The notes under the pieces were generated by a model, which made no database searches, was not told the DNA's origin, and was given only the letters and a program-made list of their open reading frames with translations. Shown here piece by piece: positions 59,651-64,000 of a DNA stretch of 64,000 bases (within the stretch, counting starts at the first letter, position 1; each line of letters begins with the position of its first letter). Made by a program: the position numbers and the translations under genes. Source of the DNA: Vreelandella nigrificans. GTDB lineage: Bacteria > Pseudomonadota > Gammaproteobacteria > Pseudomonadales > Halomonadaceae. Location of the stretch: contig NZ_NWUX01000006.1 of the NCBI RefSeq assembly GCF_002374315.1, forward strand, positions 127,947 through 191,946. Reading direction: 5' to 3'.

Positions 59651-61246
59651 ATGACCGCAGCCATTTCTGCGCCTTTCTCTTTCACTGAGTTTAAGCAGAG
59701 TCTATCAACGGCAAACAAGCGCAAGCTGCTGCGTTGGGCCAATAGTGAACTTCATGTTGTTTTTTATCGCAACTCATCAGGCCAGGAACTGTCAGGGTTA
59801 CTACAGGTAGGTTCTCAGCAGTGCTACGTCGCTTCCAGCAATCAAGACGCTCTACAGAGGGCAATGACCAACGTAAAACTTGAAGACGGCAGCGAAATAG
59901 TAATCAAGACGCTGTCCCTTGCCGAGCTGGCTCGCAATGCCCATCTTTACAACTTGAGCATACACCTCATCGACAAGGAAGATGGTCTGACGATTGGGGG
60001 AGCCTTAATGCAGCTATTCGGCATAACGGCGATCCTGAAAGATGATGAGGGCAACGAAGTCATATACGAGGCCGATGCCTTCTTTTTCGAACCTGAGAGT
60101 GACGCTGAAACCTTACCCTACGGTGCTGTTCAGCACTGGCGCGATATCGAACTCGAGTACACTTCTGCTCGCGAACCAAGCGAGATTAAGTCGCTATACG
60201 TATTTGATGACCAACTAGATTGGAACAACCCCCTCTTTCCAGAACTACCCGATAATGCGAAGGCACTGAGTACGCTTTCTCCCAACGCTCAGATCTTTTT
60301 CGAGCATATTAGGGTGCCGCCGCTAATGAGCTGGGACGAAGAGACTGTGTCGACCATCGTTCCCGAACCTCCCTATGAGAACAGCCTGCTGGCAGCAAAC
60401 AACCTCAGCGCCTTCAATGTGCTACGTGCCATGGTCGATCAAGACATCGTGCCTACTGTCGACGATATCACTTTGATGATAAAAAAAGATATCAAGCATG
60501 AGAACGAACCCGCTGACAGTCCCGAGCGTTGGGAGATTAGAGTCAGCTTCACCACGCCCATGGGGTTTAATGCCGTCTTCAGTCCAGACTGGGTCGAAGC
60601 TTCTCTATGCAAAGCCAATACGGAACTGCCCGATACCACAGGTACCCACCTCGCCAGCGAGAAACTACGCGAGCGTATCGTCAACCATCTTGCCTGGAAC
60701 TTCTTTCAGCATGGCCGCAGCTTCACAAAGACACTCTTTCGTACAGACCTCCAAGGGTTACTACCCGGCTTCATTATCAATAGTTATGGGCCTTTTCAGC
60801 CGGACTACGCGGATAAACGGTTTCCCTGCCTAGCACGCTTTCAGTGCGGCGAACACGGAGTTCCGGTGCTTTTACTGGGGCAGAATGAAGGCAACTACGT
60901 CTGCATGCCGCTGGCGTTCGAAGAGATCCCTGAAGCGGATGTCTCTGCGCTGATCCCTCGTCGCAGCGAACTGATCAGCATGGAGTCAAAGAGCATGTTG
61001 CTTTCAGCACGCTATGAAAGGTTGGCGATCCCCGCTTCGCTGGTCGACTTTCCTGATCATTGGTATCAGGGGATAAGAGTCAGTAATCGATACCTCAAAT
61101 CCAAGTTCATCTTCGGCATGCGCTTCAATACCCTGATGACCGAAATGGAAAACGAAAGCGCTACCACCGCAAACTCCTCGCTCAAGTGGATCGTAGTGGG
61201 CTGTGCGGTGGCACTTATTGGCGTGATGTTGGTGATGAACTTGTAA
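59651..61246 (+). CDS. Hypothetical 531-aa protein, C-terminally tail-anchored by a single TM; no recognisable family
   Basis: Long ORF with consistent coding pattern; C-terminal LKWIVVGCAVALIGVMLVMNL hydrophobic helix; GC visibly lower (~50%) than neighbours. Confidence 0.6.
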   Translation: MTAAISAPFSFTEFKQSLSTANKRKLLRWANSELHVVFYRNSSGQELSGLLQVGSQQCYVASSNQDALQRAMTNVKLEDGSEIVIKTLSLAELARNAHLYNLSIHLIDKEDGLTIGGALMQLFGITAILKDDEGNEVIYEADAFFFEPESDAETLPYGAVQHWRDIELEYTSAREPSEIKSLYVFDDQLDWNNPLFPELPDNAKALSTLSPNAQIFFEHIRVPPLMSWDEETVSTIVPEPPYENSLLAANNLSAFNVLRAMVDQDIVPTVDDITLMIKKDIKHENEPADSPERWEIRVSFTTPMGFNAVFSPDWVEASLCKANTELPDTTGTHLASEKLRERIVNHLAWNFFQHGRSFTKTLFRTDLQGLLPGFIINSYGPFQPDYADKRFPCLARFQCGEHGVPVLLLGQNEGNYVCMPLAFEEIPEADVSALIPRRSELISMESKSMLLSARYERLAIPASLVDFPDHWYQGIRVSNRYLKSKFIFGMRFNTLMTEMENESATTANSSLKWIVVGCAVALIGVMLVMNL

Positions 61247-61300
61247 CCCCATATCGCTTGCCACTTGCTTGTTGCCAAGCGCTGACATAGTGCTTATGGC

Positions 61301-61603
61301 TTAAAGCACCACCTCATAGCCTTCAAACTTAGGCGGGCCAAGGTAAATGCCTTCGGGTGATTTGGCATTAGCGTGGGCTTTGCGGAACGCGTCTGACTTG
61401 GTCCACGCGCGGAATGCTTCTTCAGACTCCCACACGCTGTGGGAAATAAACACAGTGTGATCTTCCTGGCTTTCGCCTTGCAGCATTTGAAACTGCTTAA
61501 AGCCCGGCACTTCATCCAGATGGGAGTCTCTGTTGCGCCACACCTCTAAAAAATCCTCTTCGCGGCCTGGGGCAATCCGAAAACGGTTCATGGCGATATA
61601 CAT
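61301..61603 (-). CDS. ABM-domain (antibiotic biosynthesis monooxygenase-like) small protein
   Basis: 100 aa with ferredoxin-like ABM pattern MNRFRIAPGREEDFLEVW... Confidence 0.5.
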   Translation of the reverse strand: MYIAMNRFRIAPGREEDFLEVWRNRDSHLDEVPGFKQFQMLQGESQEDHTVFISHSVWESEEAFRAWTKSDAFRKAHANAKSPEGIYLGPPKFEGYEVVL

Positions 61604-61742
61604 CTTTACTCTCCTGTTTTGGTAGCAGTGTCACATTAACGTTTTACGCTACCAGGGTATACTCACTCCAGGACAGTCTCCCTCTTTATGGATGACCTAT
61701 GTCAGCTTAATGGTTAACGTTTTCCCACCTGAATAGTTCGCC

Positions 61743-62732
61743 CTACCCTCCGGTCATATTCATAAAACGCACTACCTGCACATCACCGTCAGTCGTAAAA
61801 TGGTGGCGGGCAGGTTTTTGCTGCATGGCGGCTACGATCGTGGCCTTAAGCCGTGACATATTCCCAGGGTGGGCACGCATTACCGCCCGCAAGTCGACCG
61901 AATGTTCATTGCCCAAACAAAGCAGCAGTCGCCCCTCAGCAGTCACCCTTACTCGGTTACAGGCATCGCAGAAATTATGGCTATGGGGAGAAATAAAACC
62001 GATGCGCGACTGACTGTCCGCCATACGGTAATAACGGGATGGCCCTAAGGTGGTCTCTGTGGTGGGTAAAAGTTGGTAATGTTGCTCTATGATCTCACGC
62101 ACCCTATCGGTGGAAAGAAAGGTTTCGCCACGGTTATGCTCGCTGATAGCGCCCAGCGGCATCTCCTCAATAAAGCTGATATCGACTTGTTCATCCCGGG
62201 CAAAATTCACCAGGTCGAGAATTTCGTCATCATTACGCCCCTTAAGCAGTACGGCATTGAGCTTTATCGATTGAAAGCCAACGCGGCGAGCTGCACGGAT
62301 ACCCGTGATCACTTGGCTTAGGTCACCTGTGCGGGTTAATGCTTTAAAGCGCTCGGGCTTGAGCGAGTCGAGACTGATATTGAGCCGTCCAAGCCCACCT
62401 TGGCGTAACGCGTCAGCATGTTTGACCAGCCCTGAGCCGTTAGTGGTCATCGCCAGCTCGCGCAAGCCTGCCAATTCACCGAGCTTTTCGACTAGCGTTA
62501 GTATGCCTTTGCGTACCAGTGGCTCCCCTCCTGTTAGACGAATTTTCTCCACCCCCAACTCGACAAACGCTTGCGAGAGCGTGGCCAACTCCTCCAGGGT
62601 AAGCAGCTTGGCCCGGGGCAGAAATGTCATCTCCTCAGCCATGCAATAAACACAGCGGAAGTCACAACGATCCGTCACCGACAAGCGCAGGTAACGTATC
62701 GTTCGCCCAAAACCATCCACTAATCCGCTCAT
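61743..62732 (-). CDS. moaA: GTP 3',8-cyclase (radical SAM), molybdenum cofactor biosynthesis
   Basis: CDFRCVYCM radical-SAM cluster motif and C-terminal second-cluster cysteines; [13 protein letters not shown]. Confidence 0.9.
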   Translation of the reverse strand: MSGLVDGFGRTIRYLRLSVTDRCDFRCVYCMAEEMTFLPRAKLLTLEELATLSQAFVELGVEKIRLTGGEPLVRKGILTLVEKLGELAGLRELAMTTNGSGLVKHADALRQGGLGRLNISLDSLKPERFKALTRTGDLSQVITGIRAARRVGFQSIKLNAVLLKGRNDDEILDLVNFARDEQVDISFIEEMPLGAISEHNRGETFLSTDRVREIIEQHYQLLPTTETTLGPSRYYRMADSQSRIGFISPHSHNFCDACNRVRVTAEGRLLLCLGNEHSVDLRAVMRAHPGNMSRLKATIVAAMQQKPARHHFTTDGDVQVVRFMNMTGG

Positions 62733-63157
62733 TTTTTAGGCTCCTCTACGTAGGCATTGGCATTAACAGGTAGCCGAGCAATAAGTGCCTGCACCTCAGA
62801 GGTAACGTCTTTGATGGTTTGTTCATCATAAAATTGGCCTCGCCTTTTGTGCAGTCCGCTTTCGTAGAGCTTCACATGCTCTGTGGGTGACACGCCCGCC
62901 TTGGCGAGGCAGTGGCTAGCACAGTGCATTTGACAACCATCGATAGCCACAATGGGCCGCCCACTGCGAGCTGTACGTACCAAACCTGGCACACCACCGC
63001 CCACCCCAGCAATACAGGACATTTCTGCCTCCCCTGCATGATCAAGACGCAGAGCGACACTATTGGCAAGCTGCGCAACATCAGAGCAGCCGGAGCAGGC
63101 ATATACCAATGTGCGTGGTTTGTGGTGTGAAGACATACCCTCTCCTATAAAAAGCAA
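62729..63157 (-). CDS. DGC-domain putative metal-binding protein
   Basis: [11 protein letters not shown]...[13 protein letters not shown] cysteine-rich pattern with a DGC motif; stop overlaps the moaA start; true start probably MSSHH at 63136. Confidence 0.5.
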   Translation of the reverse strand: MLFIGEGMSSHHKPRTLVYACSGCSDVAQLANSVALRLDHAGEAEMSCIAGVGGGVPGLVRTARSGRPIVAIDGCQMHCASHCLAKAGVSPTEHVKLYESGLHKRRGQFYDEQTIKDVTSEVQALIARLPVNANAYVEEPKK

Positions 63158-63189
63158 ACAGCATCAGCAGCCACAGTGAGTATAAAAAC

Positions 63190-64000
63190 TCAAGCGGCGA
63201 ACTGATTAATGGGGTAGTAGTGGTAGGTGCTCCCTTCTGCTACGTCTGTTTCGGGATTAATCATTAAATAGCCATCGGCTTGGCTAGCCGCACTGAGCAT
63301 ATGCGAGCCCTGACCACCCGCTAACTGCGCCACCGGCAGCTCTCTTGCCCAGTTCAGCACCACCCTTAACAGCTCACAACGCCCCCTGGGGCCGCGCTGA
63401 GAAAAGCCTGCCTTAACGGGATAACCCTGCAACGCAGCGACACTTCTACCTTGCATGGCATGAATAAACGGCAGCGTCAGTAATTGCCAACCCACCAGGG
63501 AAGCAACAGGGTTGCCAGGCAGCGCGATTAACGGCGTAGTTGAAGAGGGCGCAGCACCTAGATAGCCAAACGCAAAAGGCTTACCAGGCTTCATGGCAAC
63601 ACCATGGAAATGTAGCCCACCGCGCTGCTCGATCACCGGACGAACATGATCCTCCTCGCCTACCGAAACACCACCGGTACACATCACCACATCTGCAACG
63701 GTTTCTGCGTTCTCAAAAGCCTGATGCAATGACTGCGGCGAATCAGCGATGACACCCAAATCCAGCACGTCGCACTGAGCTTGCGCTAGCAGTACGCTAA
63801 GCATGGCGCGATTGCTGTCGTATACCTGCCCCGGTGATCGCGTCGTGCCTGGGGCAATCAGCTCATCGCCGGTTGAAAGCAGTGCCACCCGCAGGCGCCG
63901 CTTGACGGTCACAGCATTGATTCCATGGCTTGCCAGTAGTGCAATCGATGCTGCATCAAGCAACTTACCCGCAGCGAGTAGCGGGGTCCCCATGCGAGTC
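63190..64000 (-). CDS. moeA: Molybdopterin molybdenumtransferase, C-terminal part; the gene continues beyond the window edge
   Basis: GDELIAPG...GGVSVGEEDH...LPGNPVAS MoeA domain 3/4 motifs; the ORF is open to position 64000. Confidence 0.8.
   Translation of the reverse strand, partial: TRMGTPLLAAGKLLDAASIALLASHGINAVTVKRRLRVALLSTGDELIAPGTTRSPGQVYDSNRAMLSVLLAQAQCDVLDLGVIADSPQSLHQAFENAETVADVVMCTGGVSVGEEDHVRPVIEQRGGLHFHGVAMKPGKPFAFGYLGAAPSSTTPLIALPGNPVASLVGWQLLTLPFIHAMQGRSVAALQGYPVKAGFSQRGPRGRCELLRVVLNWARELPVAQLAGGQGSHMLSAASQADGYLMINPETDVAEGSTYHYYPINQFAA

Overview
The window is dense chromosomal DNA at about 55-60% GC; the gene content (phosphatidylcholine synthase, menaquinone and fumarate reductase genes, NCS1 permeases) suggests a Halomonadaceae-like gammaproteobacterium, though that is an inference. 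Modules in order along the window: (1) A near-complete reductive pyrimidine degradation module: an NCS1 permease, divergent from a beta-ureidopropionase-like CN-hydrolase, a dihydropyrimidinase, and PreT/PreA dihydropyrimidine dehydrogenase. (2) An orphan class-III periplasmic binding protein, convergent with a methyl-accepting chemotaxis protein. (3) A 760-bp leader region carrying tandem 15-bp repeats, a sigma54-like -24/-12 element, an enhancer-binding-protein-like palindrome and a long hairpin terminator, followed by an NrtA/CmpA-family ABC transporter (binding protein, permease, ATPase) and codB-codA. (4) A clear FMN riboswitch ahead of a type-II lumazine synthase (ribH2). (5) A block of rhodanese, GNAT, two MocR-type regulators, phosphatidylcholine synthase, tag, DUF1127 and PhzF. 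(6) A junction of two gene remnants, an N-terminally truncated Hsp20 fused to a C-terminal TonB-dependent receptor fragment. This abuts the most unusual locus in the window: a yqiJ(NfeD-like)-yqiK(flotillin) pair translationally coupled and co-oriented with a 1645-aa protein. That protein has a beta-rich N-domain, a long coiled-coil region and a MoxR/AAA_5-like ATPase at residues ~1250-1470 of 1645. (7) Beta-alanine catabolism genes (aminotransferase, mmsA, TetR) and an SSS transporter with a GntR regulator, an M20 hydrolase and an amidase. (8) Menaquinone genes (menE, menC, menB | menH, menD, menF, menA) split by frdABCD and a TtdT-like DASS antiporter, with three families of tandem repeats in the frd/DASS intergenic region. 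(9) A tail-anchored 531-aa orphan protein with a repeat-rich promoter, then moaA, a DGC-domain protein and partial moeA. I saw no rRNA or tRNA genes, CRISPR arrays or transposases.
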